Shown here: positions 38,051 to 52,095 of the stretch, piece after piece
Numbering within the stretch: the stretch's first letter is position 1
Layout of the letters: each line of letters opens with the position of its first letter
Assembly: GCA_951406725.2 (NCBI GenBank)
Contig: OX597816.1
Span: forward strand, 48,112,001-48,176,000
DNA from: Octopus vulgaris
Lineage: Eukaryota
DNA: 64,000 nucleotides
Direction of reading: 5' to 3'
Position numbers and translations under genes: made by a program
The notes under the pieces: generated by a model
The model's input: only the letters and a program-made list of their open reading frames with translations
What the model was told of the DNA's origin: nothing
The model's database searches: none

Positions 38051-38942
38051 GTTAGTAATATTAATAATAACAGTAATAATAAACAAATGCTGGAAGATAT
38101 TTGTATCCACCTTAATCAAATGAACAAGAAATAAAACAAAACAAACAAGACAATTTTTAAAACTCTCTAGCATGTAATTAGCAACATCGGTGACTCTAAG
38201 AACAACAAACACCACAATACACATTGCCATAGCAACTTCACGTAACATACCAACACTACAATAGTAAGCAAACTCCCTTATCAGATACTTCACTGGCAAC
38301 TGTTCATCGCACCACCCAGCAAACTTCAAAATACACACCTTTCAAGTGGAGCATGTAATTTATATGTGATGGCTTGGCTATTTTGTAATTTTGTTGTGAT
38401 TTGTATTAAGGAGATTGGGATAACAGACAGAGCTGACATATAGTAAAAGTTAATGTATCTTTATTCTTGATATTGACTTCTTACAGGAAATTTTAGCACT
38501 GCTGCTGCTGCTGCTGATAATTGGATAACCTCAATCTCTTTGAAAGGATCTTACTGCTTTATGCATGTAAATATATGTATGAGTGTATGTATGTGTGTGT
38601 ATATGTATATTGTTTATACGTTCACCTAGCATTCATTGACTTGGAGAGCATCATGCTCTGTAGTCCTGGCAATCACTAAGAAAATACAGTAAAAGCCAAG
38701 TAAATGATGTACAGAGATGCTGTCTGCTAGGTGTCAATAAGTTCAGCAAGGAATCTATCATGCAAGTAGCTGTCCTTCAGGGGTCAGTTCTAAGATCTCT
38801 CCATATTACAATTAGCCAAACCATAACAAAAGAGTTTAGGACTTGTTGTCTATGCCAATGACCATGTTATAACAGAATCTGTCAAAGAATTAAAGAAAAA
38901 ATTCCTGATATGGAAGCAAAGCCTAATATGATGAGGCCTAAG

Positions 38943-39369
38943 CAGGGCCAGATTAAAATCCATCGAGACCCTAAGCACTTAAAAGATTTTGGTGACCCCC
39001 ATAAAAGAATATGTAATTCAAAATATAAACAATAACAAACCATAACATAAAATTTTATTTTTCAAAACGAAACAAAACAGTAAGAGGGAAAATAATGTTT
39101 ATTTTTGTATACTTCCAGTTTATTCATATTTGAATAGTTTCCTCCTACTTTTTTGAATTGCAAAGTCTTTGATCAGATCCTCAAAATTAATCTTAGGTAA
39201 TACATCTGCATCTAGACTTAGTAGAGATAAAGGCATCAGGAATATTGTTATAGTAAGTTTAAAGTGATTTCTTTTGTACTATAAACCATTTACCATTTCT
39301 GTGGTGCACCCTCCTTCCCTTGATGCCCTAAGCATGTGCTTATTTTGCTTAATGGTTAATCCAGCACTA
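38943..39369. mobile_element. hAT-type non-autonomous element
   Basis: TIRs CAGGGCCAGATTAA / TTAATCCAGCACTA; 8-bp TSD GGCCTAAG (38935-38942, 39370-39377). Confidence 0.85.
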
Positions 39370-39798
39370 GGCCTAAGCTAACCTAGGAAAATCAAAAGTT
39401 TTAGTTTGCATGAAAGTAGGCAGGACAGTATTCTCATCATGGGAGTGGCTACGTTTGATGTGCAGAAAAGAAGTAGGTAGGAATTCTGTATCAAATGTAA
39501 AGTGGGAGCTCTTCAGATGATGTGAGGTCACAAATGGGTTGCTAGAAAAGATAGGTTTCGTTTGTAGCAGACATACAGGAGTAGTTACTGGTAGGAGTAC
39601 ATATGAAAGAAATTCTTTCAAAAGGTTGGAAGGCTCCTTAGAGGTAGTTGATAGCTTTTGTTATGTAGGTGATCTAATAAACACCAGAAGTGGCTGTTCA
39701 AAAAGCATAGCAGCCTGGGTAAGGATGAAAGGGCAAAAGTCCTGAGAGCTATTACTGCTGCTGGTAATAAAGGGCTTGTCCCACAGAATAAAGGGCAG

Positions 39799-40045
39799 AT
39801 TAAGGGCACAGAGTAAGGTGGCAAGTTGGCAGAAGCGTTAACACACCAGGCAAAATGCTTCGCGGTATTTTGTCTGCTGCTACATTCTGAGGCCAAATTT
39901 CACCGAGGTCAACTTTGCCTTTCATCCTTTGGGGTCGATTAAATGAGTACCAGTTATACACTGGTGTTGATATAAGCGACTTAATCCGTTTGTCTGTCCT
40001 TGTTTGTCCCCTCTGTGTGTAGCCCCTTGTGGGCAGTAAAGAAAT
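39799..40045 (+). mobile_element. SINE family B
   Basis: 14-bp TSD AGAATAAAGGGCAG (39785-39798, 40046-40059). Confidence 0.85.
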
Positions 40046-40525
40046 AAGAATAAAGGGCAGGTTGTATGATGTCTGTGCATGATGTGTGATGTTGCATGGT
40101 AGTAAACCATGTGAATTGAATGTGGCAGGTGTGTGAAAGCTGGGGAAGGACTGAGGTAAGTATGGTCTTCTGTGTGCATAATCAACAGACTACTAATGTA
40201 CTGAGGGGAAAACTGGTTTTAAGAGGGATCAGATATAGGGAACCAAGAGATATGACCAAACTGTAAATGGAGATGTGATGCATTTAGAGGATGCAAGCTG
40301 GGTAGAGAAGTACCCAGTAATTCAATCAGAAGGAATCTGTAGAAGAAGACCAATGTGGACTTGGGAAGAAATGGTAGGGAGATGATGGAGGTGTAGAATT
40401 AATGGCAAAATGCTGTGCTGGAGAAGAATTATGCAACTATGGCAAAATGAAAGTAAAATTATAAGGATAATGTACTTTTACACAAAACTATCAAGAAAAA
40501 AAAAATTAAACATACTCATAATTAA

Positions 40526-40746
40526 CCCTTTAGCATTTAAACCGGCCATATCTGGCCAAAAGTATTCTGCCTGTTTTATGTTCAAACTGGCTAGATCTGG
40601 TCTCTCACACCAGCCCTGCAATATCGTTTTAAAAATTAACAGCTACCTCATCAAAATCTCATAGCTACAAGATAATGCATGATTAGTTCAAAACAATGTA
40701 GATAAAAAAGGATTAATTTTGGTAGAATAATGTGAACACTAAAGGG
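40526..40746. mobile_element. piggyBac-like (TTAA) MITE
   Basis: TTAA|CCCTTTAG...CTAAAGGG|TTAA. Confidence 0.85.
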
Positions 40747-41739
40747 TTAAAATAGAATTTAGAGCATTTTTTCGAATAATTCTCACATATTCTTAATCTA
40801 AATGGCTGAAATACAATGACTGTTTGGGAGGTCAAAGTTGAGGAACATTTCATTGATTGATGTGATTTATTTGAATAGTTGATGAAACCTCTTATTTATG
40901 GAAACATTAGGTAGCCATGTGTCATTATGTGGGAAGTTGACAGTACACATGCTGTTTTCAACAAATGTTTCTGTATGTTCTTGGTACCAGCAAGCAATAG
41001 TTATGGGGAAAATGCATGGCGAAATAAATCTTGAAGTCTCAAATTATGTGTTCTGCCACAACCTGATATCAATGCTTGGTCACCTTAGAAAGAAATTCAA
41101 ATGTAAATTACTAAAATTGAAAGCAATTCGCTTCTAGTTTTTCACAAATGGCAGTTGTTGCTGAATGAGATAAAATGGTTGTTATTTGGTATTAGAAGCA
41201 TAGGTGATATTACGAGAAAGAGATTTTGTGCTGTATGGTTTGATCAGAGGTAGCCCATAATAAGAATGGAAAGGAATTTGATCAGATCGGCTCTAATAAT
41301 GCTAATCTCTATTGTTAACATAGAAGCATGAATGTAATGATGATGTTAAGCCGACCTACACATTTAATCTAAGTAAGATTGTTAAACTGTTTCTGGTATT
41401 TTCTTCATTTTCTTCATTTTCTTCAGCATAAGCTATTGTGTAATACAGTTATATTGATAACTATTATTCTGTAAGATGCTCTGAGATAATTAGAATAAGA
41501 TACCTGACTTGAGAATATAATATAGCATGAGCTCAACAAAGGGGATGGTAATATGTGAGATATTTTCTGTGTATTGTTTAGATGAATAGTATATCTCTTG
41601 GTGTTTAGACTATTTAGATTCAAGGACATTACGTATATATACGTACATGTAAATATATATATACACACTGACACACACACACACATTCATGTACAGATAT
41701 CTATCTACCTATATATATATATATATATATAGGTAGACA

Positions 41740-41780
<41 letters not shown>

Positions 41781-42021
41781 TAATTGGCCCAAAATGTTAA
41801 AATGAATATGGAGATATGAACTAATAGTCAAGTTTAAACTTGTTAATGCTTATAGTATTGATTCACTATCTAGTAACAAGATCTTAACAAACACCTTTCT
41901 TACATTCTGTGAATGAATAAAACATCAGTTTCTTCTACTTCTCATTGTGTATTTTTATCATTCAAGAAACTGTTGAATACAAAATTAGTTCTGACATTAT
42001 CTAATTAAATATTTGTAGCAG

Positions 42022-42077
42022 TTGTACTGGCAGTGTGATTGGTATGCTGGATTTACTGACATGGCCCTTAGGCTGAG
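42022..42077 (+). CDS. Candidate internal exon LYWQCDWYAGFTDMALRL
   Basis: TAGCAG tandem acceptor; AG|GTATAT donor; phase-compatible with the 44745 exon; no recognised homolog. Confidence 0.25.
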
Positions 42078-43959
42078 GTATATTTCTTTCCTTGATGGCG
42101 CGTTCTACCTAACTTTCATTTCATGCATGATGTATCACCATCACGAAGAATCACCCAACTGCAAAAACACGTGCTACAGTAGTTTACATAGATTTTTATG
42201 GAAGCTGTAAAATATTGAAGTAAAAAATATGAAAAAGAAAAAAATATAAAAAAATTGAAGCGCGTGCATTTGTGCACGTGTGTGTGTGTGAACAAAAAAA
42301 AAGTAATTAGTGTCTGTATACTATTTTTTTGAATACGAATACAGAATATTACATAATACATAGTGTTTCCTTTGATTACATCCTTTAGCATACTTGAGAA
42401 ATAGTAATCATGATGTTGCTATCATTAATTACATGTAAGTGATCAATTCATATCAATCAGTTGAATTTTTACACTTATTTTTCTATGACGAGCTTTCCTG
42501 CAATTTTCCACATTGACTTCTAAATCTTTCATTATAATTTTAGCTACCTCATTCTTTGCTTCCCATGTCTAACATTGTCACTATTTCTCATCAATATATG
42601 GCTACTACCAGCTCTTTCTTTATCATTCATTTTTCATTATGTTCCAAACTTTATTGTCTAATATTCATTGTAGTTTAAAACCCGCTGTCAGTTTACAATG
42701 CATTTCCATCCACTCTTTATCTTTGGTTTTATCACATGTCCGTTATAACCCGATTCTCTGCTCTTTCAAACAACCCTTATACTTTCTCTTCTTCCGTCTT
42801 TCTTAACCTTCCCTAGCCTAATTTTATGATTGAAAAGTTTCTGCTATAAATATTTATACATGCGTTTTTATTCCTTGTTGAAAGCAAGCAATTTCATGGC
42901 TGCATAGCATTTCTAAAGATGCCAATTCTAAAGATGTGAAGTGAGACTTATTTGTTGCTAGGTTGACTGAAGTTAAAGCAGAAATAAGGCTTTGTTGAAG
43001 TGCATGATTTGAACTCCAAACTTCTGGATCAGTTAGCATTTTCATTTGACATTTATTTATAAAATCTAATGTACTCTGTAGACTGATATATTTAGTATAT
43101 GGATATCATATCTAATTATACATGTTTATACATTTTTCATTGGTTTAATTAGTATTGCTGTTTTATCATTGCGCTTTGTTTTTCTAATGATAAAACAGGT
43201 GGCCTTTGTTTTTTGACTTCTTTCACTTAGAATTAGGATTTACTCAACTACATCAATGATAATTTTACATGGATTTGGTGCTGCTTTACTTGCAGGAGTA
43301 ACCCTATCAAATATCTGAACAATTCTAAATAGCCTATATTTATATAGTGTAATGTGTGTAGTAGAAGCCATGTAACATTCATTTTATTGCATGTAACAAA
43401 ACATAAAATGTAATTTCTCTCACAGGCGTTTTCAGTTTCATTTTACCATCTCTTGTCTATAATTCATTACTAGAATAAAAGCCAAAGAGTGAAAAGCAAA
43501 TGATAAACCAGGAGTTTAATACAAATTGCCAACCATCACATTTAGATGCTCTGTTCAAAAGATAGTTAATAACAATTATTTCTAAAAGCAAATCTTTATA
43601 GAAAATAATTCAAACGCTCATGTGAAAAACTTAATAATTAGAATAGAATTATTAAAAATATTTTATGTTGTTGTTGTTATTATTATTCTACTTTTATTAT
43701 TATATTCATACAATGAGCCCAGGCAAATGTTCTCTTGAAATAAAACCTCTAATGTTGCTTTTGTTTTGATAATCATGAAATGTGCTCAATGAATGATGCC
43801 AGATAATGAACTTTTCATATACATTTAGACCCGGTGATCTTTTGTGTATTACAAGTATTGTTATTGTTTTTTTTTTCCTGTATGTCATATGAGAAACATT
43901 TTGTTTGTTTTATCATACAAAGCTAAAAGCCAGAACATATATATATATATATATATATC

Positions 43960-43992
<33 letters not shown>

Positions 43993-44744
43993 ATGCCTAC
44001 ACACACACGTGTATGTATATATATATATATATATGTGTGTGTTGGCTTTGTTACTTTATCATTTCACCATTGGAACTGGAAATGTCCCTAACCTCCTTAT
44101 TGATGGGATTAACTTCATGCTAGAAACTTAATTCCATTGACTATGGAATGGTATTGAATGTAGATTTCCTACTTCAGTATTCAACATTCTATATACACGG
44201 TTACATTTATTGACACCCTGCAAAAGTTAACTAGCCCCTACACAGCAAAAAGAATATAAAAAAAAGAAAGAAAAGAAGGAAAGAAAAGGAATTAAATATC
44301 TACTTCTACAAAAGGGTTTTTATCTATATAAAGAGTAGATTGCATTGAATGGCTGTTACTAAGGTTTGGAAGGTGTGTGGTTCTGCTCTCAATACAAGTG
44401 AATGAAATATATTAAATGTGCTTGGCATGGTTTAAAGAAATTAAGGCAACACTTTAGGGAGGAAATGAAAGGATTCAAATATGTCTTTAAAAAAAAAAAA
44501 TCAATTTTACCATTATTTATCTTTTGTTTTTTCATAGTTTTGTTAAAGAACAATCACTAGATCTCTCTTGTTTCTGAACCATTAGAGTATATTTTTGATT
44601 TAAAATCTGTCAGATGTGAATACCTCTTGTCATATTTTTTTTAAAGTTTGTGATTAGTATCCAAATTTAAAATGCTGCTCTTCCTATTTAAAGCAAGTTA
44701 ACGTTTTACGTTACCAGTATCATCTTACTGTTTACAATTTACAG

Positions 44745-44820
44745 GTCAGATCGTGAAAAGTGGTACTTCGTAAAACTGCCTGCAGATATTAAAGTTCAGA
44801 CAAAAGCAACTTGTATCTAG
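44745..44820 (+). CDS. Candidate terminal exon (R)SDREKWYFVKLPADIKVQTKATCI*
   Basis: TTTACAG acceptor, open to TAG 44818-44820, followed by UTR-like AT-rich sequence. Confidence 0.3.
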
Positions 44821-45113
44821 GAATCAACTAAATCTTCATTATATCTGAACTATTTTTGTAGTCAAGTATTTTTTTTTTTTTTTTTACTTCTTCTCTAGCT
44901 ATTAATATGGCAGCTAGAGAAAAGGAAAAAAAAAAAAGATCTGTTCATTCTCACTAACTCTCACGTGTAAAGTGCCTACAGCTTGAATCTCACTTAAAAA
45001 TGTTTTTGCCATACCTAGAAGCTGTCAGGAATTTTCCATCATTTCTTGAAACTGGGTTTGAGCTGTTTATTTCTGATTTTTAAGTATATTTAATATTATT
45101 ATTATTATTATTG

Positions 45114-45145
<32 letters not shown>

Positions 45146-45629
45146 TTTATTGATAATTCCAATGAAATATTTCTTCTGTTCCAATGGTAATAATTTATCA
45201 TACATGTTGCTATTTAATTAAATGCATGGGATTGGTATGTTTTGGTTATTTAATTGTATACCTAATTATAGAATGTCAACGCTCAATGATCTCAGAAACT
45301 GGATGTGTAAGAAAACAAAACAAAACAAAAAAAAAAACAGAAAACAAAAAAACGAAAAAATCCAAAACAAAACAAAAATAAAACAAAAATCAGTTTCATC
45401 AAAGTATCTGTGATATAGAGATTCTGAATATTCTTCAGTCTACAAACTTGATTTAAATTAAGATGGAGTAAAGATGGAGTATTTCTATTTTTATTACCAA
45501 ATTTGTATTTGTAATAATGATTAATTCCAACAAGGAACTGGTCTGAATTTTATAACTAGTGAGATTTACTTGGTTAGTTTATCTCCAGTATTTTCTTCAG
45601 TGTTGAGTTCACACTTGGACTATGTAGAA

Positions 45630-45900
45630 GTAGCTTGAAGATCATATTTGATGGTACATATACCAGGCTTCTCATGAGGACTTGAAACATCTCATGGCAT
45701 GAGCATAATATGAAAGAGGAGACTTATGGACATATTCAACCCATCTTTCATAATGTTGTTCAAGGCTGGGTAGAACTTATGGGGTACTGGTGTCATGATG
45801 AACACCAGGTCATATCAGATTTTATGTTTTGGAATCTTCCACATCCTAATAGAGGACAAAGGCCTCTCATGTGATTAGCAGAAATATGCAACATGATATT
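45630..45900 (+). pseudogene. Decayed C-terminus of the second RTE-like family
   Basis: DGTYTRLLMR..NISW..QVISDFMFWNLPHPNRGQRPL. Confidence 0.6.
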
Positions 45901-45989
45901 GAATTGAAGACCTACCAAAGATTAAAAGAAGATAGAAATTTCTGGTATGGTATTGGGAAACGTGTTTTGATTGTGGCCACTTGAAGAAA

Positions 45990-46232
45990 AGTGGAGGGTG
46001 TCAGCACCATGATTGTAAGATTGTGGTTTTGATTCCTGGATTGGGCAACGTGTTGTGTTCTTGAGCAAAACACTTCATTTCCCGTTGCTCCAGTCCACTC
46101 AGCTGGCAAAAATGAGTAACACTGCAATGGACTGGCGTCCCATCTACCTGGGGAACACATAGTCCATAGAACCCAGGAAACCGGGCCCATGAACTTGGGT
46201 AGGCTTTAAAAGGGCGCATTTATTTATTTATT
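45990..46232 (+). mobile_element. SINE family C (CORE-like, (TTTA)n tail)
   Basis: GTTCTTGAGCAAAACACTT CORE-like segment; 3' part matches the 57880 copy. Confidence 0.7.
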
Positions 46233-46524
46233 TTTACTTGAAGAAAAATATTCATCATCATCATTGTCGTCATCATCATCAGTTTTTTCATGCTTGCATG
46301 GGTGAGGCAAGTTCTTTCCAACAGTGATTTACCATTTGGTGCATTCTTTAGTCATCTTTGTGAAGCTCAGCATCCTACAATCAGTTTCACCACTTGGATC
46401 AACTGGTATTTTTTTCACCCTTCTCTTATCAATAAGCATCATATTCCCATACCAACACAGACATCTCCCTTGCACACTGCCACTGATTCCTCTCATATCA
46501 GTTTCCCTCTCAGGTCATTTATAC

Positions 46525-46825
46525 CAGTGTTTCCCAAAGTCGGTGGTACTGCTTCCATGGGGGCGGTGGAAAGATTCAGTGGTGCATTGAAGAAAAAGTG
46601 GGGTGATAAAGGGGTGGCCAAAAGGGGACGATGGATGTAAAAGCAAACAAAATAATGGGTTAATTAGGTTAAATTTTCTTTGTGAAATGCAGTTGTTTTA
46701 AATTTGCTGCAGAAAGTGGTCTGTGTTTGTGGTGGTGGGGGCACGAGGTGTGGTAGGTCAGATGTGCTAGTGATGTGGTCTGGGTGCCAAGTGGGTGGCA
46801 GCCTGGAAATTTTGGGGAACCACTG
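46525..46825. mobile_element. hAT (Charlie-like) MITE inside a minus-strand RTE remnant (~46340-47210)
   Basis: TIRs CAGTGTTTCCCAAA / TTTGGGGAACCACTG; TSD ATTTATAC / ATTTACAC. Confidence 0.8.
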
Positions 46826-47435
46826 ATTTACACCATTTCATTCCTTCACACTAACATTATGCATCCAGTGATACATATTTGCCCGACTTTTGTCCATCTT
46901 TTCACATCACCTACATTCATTGCTCCTTGTTTCACTCTGTGCAGTGTAGCGCTTCATACACAAGCAATGTACAACACAAGCTACTTTTTGCTTGAAGAGA
47001 AGATCCCTTCGTTGTTTCCTGAAGTGATACTTCCCTGAACTTTTTTCTACCTTGCTCTTAATCTGGTCATTGTGCCTTCACTGCACCATCTTCCATTGAT
47101 GATTAGGTCAGCTGGGTAACAGAAACTATCAACTACTTCTATGGGCCTTCCAAGTATTGCAATCAAGTTATTTTAACTGGTGCTCTAGCTTATAACTACA
47201 CTTGTGCATCTGTGTTATCTTTTGTCTTTTACTTGTTTCAGTCATTAGACTGTGGCCATGCTGGGGCTCTGCTTTGAAGAATTTTAGTGAAATGAATCAA
47301 CTCCAGGATTTATTATCTTTTTTTCTGAAGCCTAGTATTTATTCAATCTGTCACTTTTGCTGAACTGCTCAGTTATAGAGACACATATACACACTAATAC
47401 TGATTGTCAAGCAGTGGTGATGGTGGGAGACAAAT

Positions 47436-47477
<42 letters not shown>

Positions 47478-47536
47478 TCAGACACACGCAATATATATTA
47501 AATGATGATGACGATGATGCAATATATATTAAATGA

Positions 47537-47966
47537 TGATGCTCTTCTAACGCCAACCACTCCAAGAGTGTAGCAGGTGCTTTTTACGTGCCACCGGATT
47601 GGGAGCCAGTCAGGTGGCACTGGCATCAGCCATGTTTGGATGGTGCTTTTTACATGCTACCGGCATAGGAGCCAGTTGGGGCTGGGCGGGGGGAGGGGTT
47701 GACATCAGCCATGTTTGGATGGTACTTTCTACGTGCCACCTGCATGGGGAGCCAGTCAGGCGGCACTAGCATCAGCCACAACTTTTCATTTGATTTCCAT
47801 TTGATTTTGATTTTACTTGACCCATTAGGTCTCCTCAAGCACGGCATGTCCGACTTTTTAAATGGGCTGGTTATGTGACACTAGTGTAGGTCACGGCTGT
47901 GATCTCACTTTACTTGGCGGGTCTTCTCAATCACAGCATATCTTCAGAGGTCTCAGTCTTTCGTCA
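47537..47966 (-). mobile_element. RTE 3'UTR fragment
   Basis: Reverse-complement homolog of 22450-22865 with stem-loop modules. Confidence 0.8.
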
Positions 47967-48816
47967 TGATTGAAAAAATTATTGTCAATCAAATTACAGG
48001 TGTTGTTGTAACCGACTCTTCTCCTGTCCTCAATTTTTTCTGTCCTTGTGCAAAAAAAAAAGAAAAAATATATTACATATTCTATCACTTATGGAAGAAT
48101 GATCAGCAATGTTGCATCTGGTGGGATTTGAACTCAGAACATAATAAAAAGTAGCTAAATTATTTAGCACATTTAGCCCAGGATTGTACTGTTCTTGCTA
48201 CCTTTATATGATAGAATATATTTAAAATACCTCTTTGAATGAGTAGAGAGAGAGAGAGAGAGAGAGAGAGGGTAGGTATTGTTATTAAATGTTGTCATCC
48301 ACTAATGAGTTTCTCTGAGGAATATGAAAAGATGAATTAGCAATCATCTGGATATTTAGAATATTTTCCTAACAAATTGAACAATACACAAGAGAGTCTT
48401 CACAAGAATATTGTTCTCTCAAATAGAAATGAAAGTGTGATGTTTAGTAATCATTATTTATGTCACAGAGTATTTCGGCTCCCAACTGATGGTAATTTCT
48501 GCTCTTGAATAGATCAGCATTCATGAATACTTCTTCTTATCACTGCAGTTACTCAATTGGATACTTTAGCCATTGCCGAGAAGAGATAATCCACTGTAAT
48601 AATACAAACAAGTACATACAAGTGAATGCTGGTGTAAATTCTGTTTTTTTTTTTTCCATTTTTTTTTGTCATCCACTTGAGTAAGGTCTCATTAGCAGCA
48701 ATGCCGGCTCAAGAGTTGCCACCATCTTGTTTGGTTGCATGCTGACAGCTTAGTTACCATACTTGAAATTGTTATACATTTTATATATGACTGAAACAAG
48801 TAAAAGAATATGTATA

Positions 48817-49393
48817 ACTGTGTGTGTGTATATGCATGTGTATGTGTGTGTGTATAAGTATGTATGTGTGTACATATATATATATATGTATATATATGTG
48901 TGTTTATGTATATATATATATGCATGTATATGTGTGTATATGTATGTATATGTGTGTATATGTATGTATATGTGTATATATATGTATGTATATGTGTGTA
49001 TATGTGTATATATATATATATGTAAATATATATATATATATATGTCTGTATATATGTATATCTGCATATGTATGTATATATATCAGTATATATATATATG
49101 TGTGTGTGTGTCTGTGTGTGTATATATATATATATATGAGGTTAGCTGAGTTAGAGGTTAAAATAACCGTGTAAGTGGTAGAAGTATCCATTATACTACA
49201 TTATATATGTATATATAACATATATATATGTGTGTATATATAATATACATATATATAATATACATATATATATATATACATATACACACATATATATACA
49301 TATATATATATATACATATATATATAAATATATATATATATACACATATATATATACATGTATATATATATATACATATACACATATATATAC

Positions 49394-49424
<31 letters not shown>

Positions 49425-49710
49425 CACATATATATATATACATGTATATATATATACATATACACATATATATACATATATATTTACATATATATATACA
49501 TATATACATATATATATATCTTTATATATATGTGTATACTTTTGTGTATATATATGTATATATACATATGTGTGTATATATGTATATATACATATGTGTG
49601 TATATATGTATATATACATATGTGTGTGTATATATGTATATATACATATGTGTGTATATATATATGTATATATACATATGTGTGTATATATGTATATATA
49701 CATATGTGTA
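48817..49710. repeat. Large degenerate TA/TG/CA microsatellite field
   Basis: Direct inspection. Confidence 0.95.
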
Positions 49711-49774
49711 TGGGAAATAGTTGAGATGGTGAACGTTTCTAATTTTCATTATTTTCGTGAATTTATCCTTTTTT

Positions 49775-50583
49775 GTGGTGAAACATGGGTTGTGACAGCT
49801 GAGGACATGTGTAAGCTTGAGAGAAATGAAGCCAGAGTGCTTTGCAGGATGTGCGGTGTCAGTGTTCACCTTGAGAGAATAGTTGGGCATAAGAGGCATC
49901 AGATGTGGTATGCAAGAGAGACGACTGCGCTGGTATGGTCATGTGATGCATATGGATGAGGACTGCTGTGTAAAGTGGTGCCGGTCTCTAACTGTGGAGG
50001 GAACCTGCGGCAGAGGTTGACTTAGGAAGACATGGGACGAAGTGGTGAAGCATGATCTTTGAACTTTGGTCCTCACAAAGGCAACGACTTGTGACTGAGA
50101 TCTTTGTTGATATGTTGTGCTTGAGGAGACTCGTCAAACCAAGTGAAATTGTAGTCATGGCTGATGCTAGTGTCATGTAATTCACATCCCTGGCAGTGGC
50201 ATGTGAAAGAACCTTTCAAGAATTGGGCGTCATGGAAGCAAATTGGCTGATGGTGGTGGCTCGGGAAGAACTCCTTTTTTTGAGTGTTGGGCCTCATGGA
50301 CACAATGAACGAGACCTTTGGCATTATGTAGGGTTTGAGAAGAAGACCCATTTGGCCATGTAAAATTGCTGTTGTGGCAGATATGGTGTCACACAAATGG
50401 CATCCATGCCAGTAACACAGGAAAGCACTCATTATTCTCTCAGTGTGATTGGCGTTAGGAAGGGTATCCAGCCGTAGAAACCATACCAAATCAGACTTGA
50501 GTCTGGTGCAGCCTTCCAGCTTGCCAGCCTTGGGTCAAACCATCCAACATGGACAATGGATGCTAACTGATGATGATGATGAT
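49775..50583 (+). mobile_element. RTE LINE 3' fragment with (GAT)n tail
   Basis: [22 protein letters not shown] matches 26761-26830; tail at 50568-50583. Confidence 0.85.
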
Positions 50584-51596
50584 ATATATGTAAATGTAGG
50601 TATATATATATGTTTGTGTGTGTGTGTGTGTATATGTGTGTGCATATGTGTGTGTGTGTGTGTATATGTGTGTGCGTATGTGTGTGTATATGTATGTATA
50701 TGTGTGTATGTATGCATGTATATATGCATATATGTATGTATATGTGTATATTGCATATATGTATATATGTGTGTATATATGTATATATATATATATGTGT
50801 GTGTGTGTACATATAGATGTGTTTGTTTATTTATAAATATATATATATATAGGTGTAGTGTATGTATGTATATATATATATATTTATATATACATACGAA
50901 CATACATATAAATGTATGTATATATGTGTATATATATACATACATATTTTTTTAAGGTACATATATATATATATACGTATATATATATGCATATATATTA
51001 TTTACTTTTGTTATCTACTACAGATGCTATAGACATTCACGACCACCTGAAACAATCAATATCTTTCTTTTCACAAGTATATAGGAGTATTTGTTCTATT
51101 CTTTTTTTCCAATTTAGAAATATTTTATATCTAAATTAATTAATTACAGAAAATGAATTTTTTAGTATTCTAAATTTTCAGAGAAATGACTTTTTAGTTG
51201 TGTAAATTTTTCTGTTCCAAAAAAAAGAAAAAAAGAAAAAAATTATTTTATTTGTAATTTTAAGAATTTGTTGATTTTTATTTTAGAAAAAAAAAAAAAA
51301 AAATGAAAATTGGCCAGAGTTGAAAAAAAAAATTATAAAAAACATGTTTTCTTAATAAAACTGTACTAGATTCAAATGATGTATTGTTCATGATCGGTTA
51401 TTGTTATGAATTATTTTTCCTCCTATAGTTAGAAAAAGACAAAAATAAAAAATAAAGCTCTATAGAAATTTGTGCAATATTCTATTTTTAATCACTTTAC
51501 GTAAAAATTCAATTAATTTAGTTTGTAAAATTGTTCATTATATAAATTTTTAAAAAAATGACATCAAATGGACTTATTGAAATTGCTTAGATATAT

Positions 51597-51975
51597 AGGT
51601 GCAGGCATGGTCTTGTAGTAAGAAATTTGCTTTCCAACCACATGCTTGTGGGTTCAGCCCCAATGTATGGCACCTTGGGCAAGTGTCTTCTACTAATACT
51701 CCTCAGCTGACTAAAGCCTTGTGAGCAGATTTGGTAGATAGAAACTGAAGGAAGCCCATTGTATACATATATGAATATATCTATGTTTGTATGTCATTGT
51801 TCTCCACCACTGTTTGATAACCAGTGATGGTTTGTTTACTTCCCCATTATATAGCAGTTTTGTAAAACGAGTTTTGAGAGAATAAGTACCAGACTTTAGA
51901 ATGACAATATTGTACTGGGGTCAATTTGTTTGACTTAAACACTTCGAGATGGTATCCCAACATGACAAAGATAAA
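51597..51975 (+). mobile_element. SINE family A, decayed
   Basis: Similarity to 35563-36047. Confidence 0.75.
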
Positions 51976-52095
51976 ACATAGAAAATATGCTTAACTCATT
52001 CACAACTGTATTTTTAAGCTTGAAAATAATAAAGAATTTGCAGAGATTTAGTTAAGTAATTATTTAGCAAAATAATTAAGCTGGTATTTGGGATA

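Larger units (their letters stand above)
38625..40450 (+). pseudogene. Highly decayed RTE RT/PHD/C-terminal remnant, split by a hAT MITE and a SINE
   Basis: LAFIDLE, QGSVL and LEVVDSFCYVGD..GCSKSIAA segments are collinear with the young RTE. Confidence 0.75.

Noticed and set aside
42028-42050. TGGCAGTGTG, resembling the miR-34 5' end
   Set aside because: Match ends after 10 nt and there is no complementary arm
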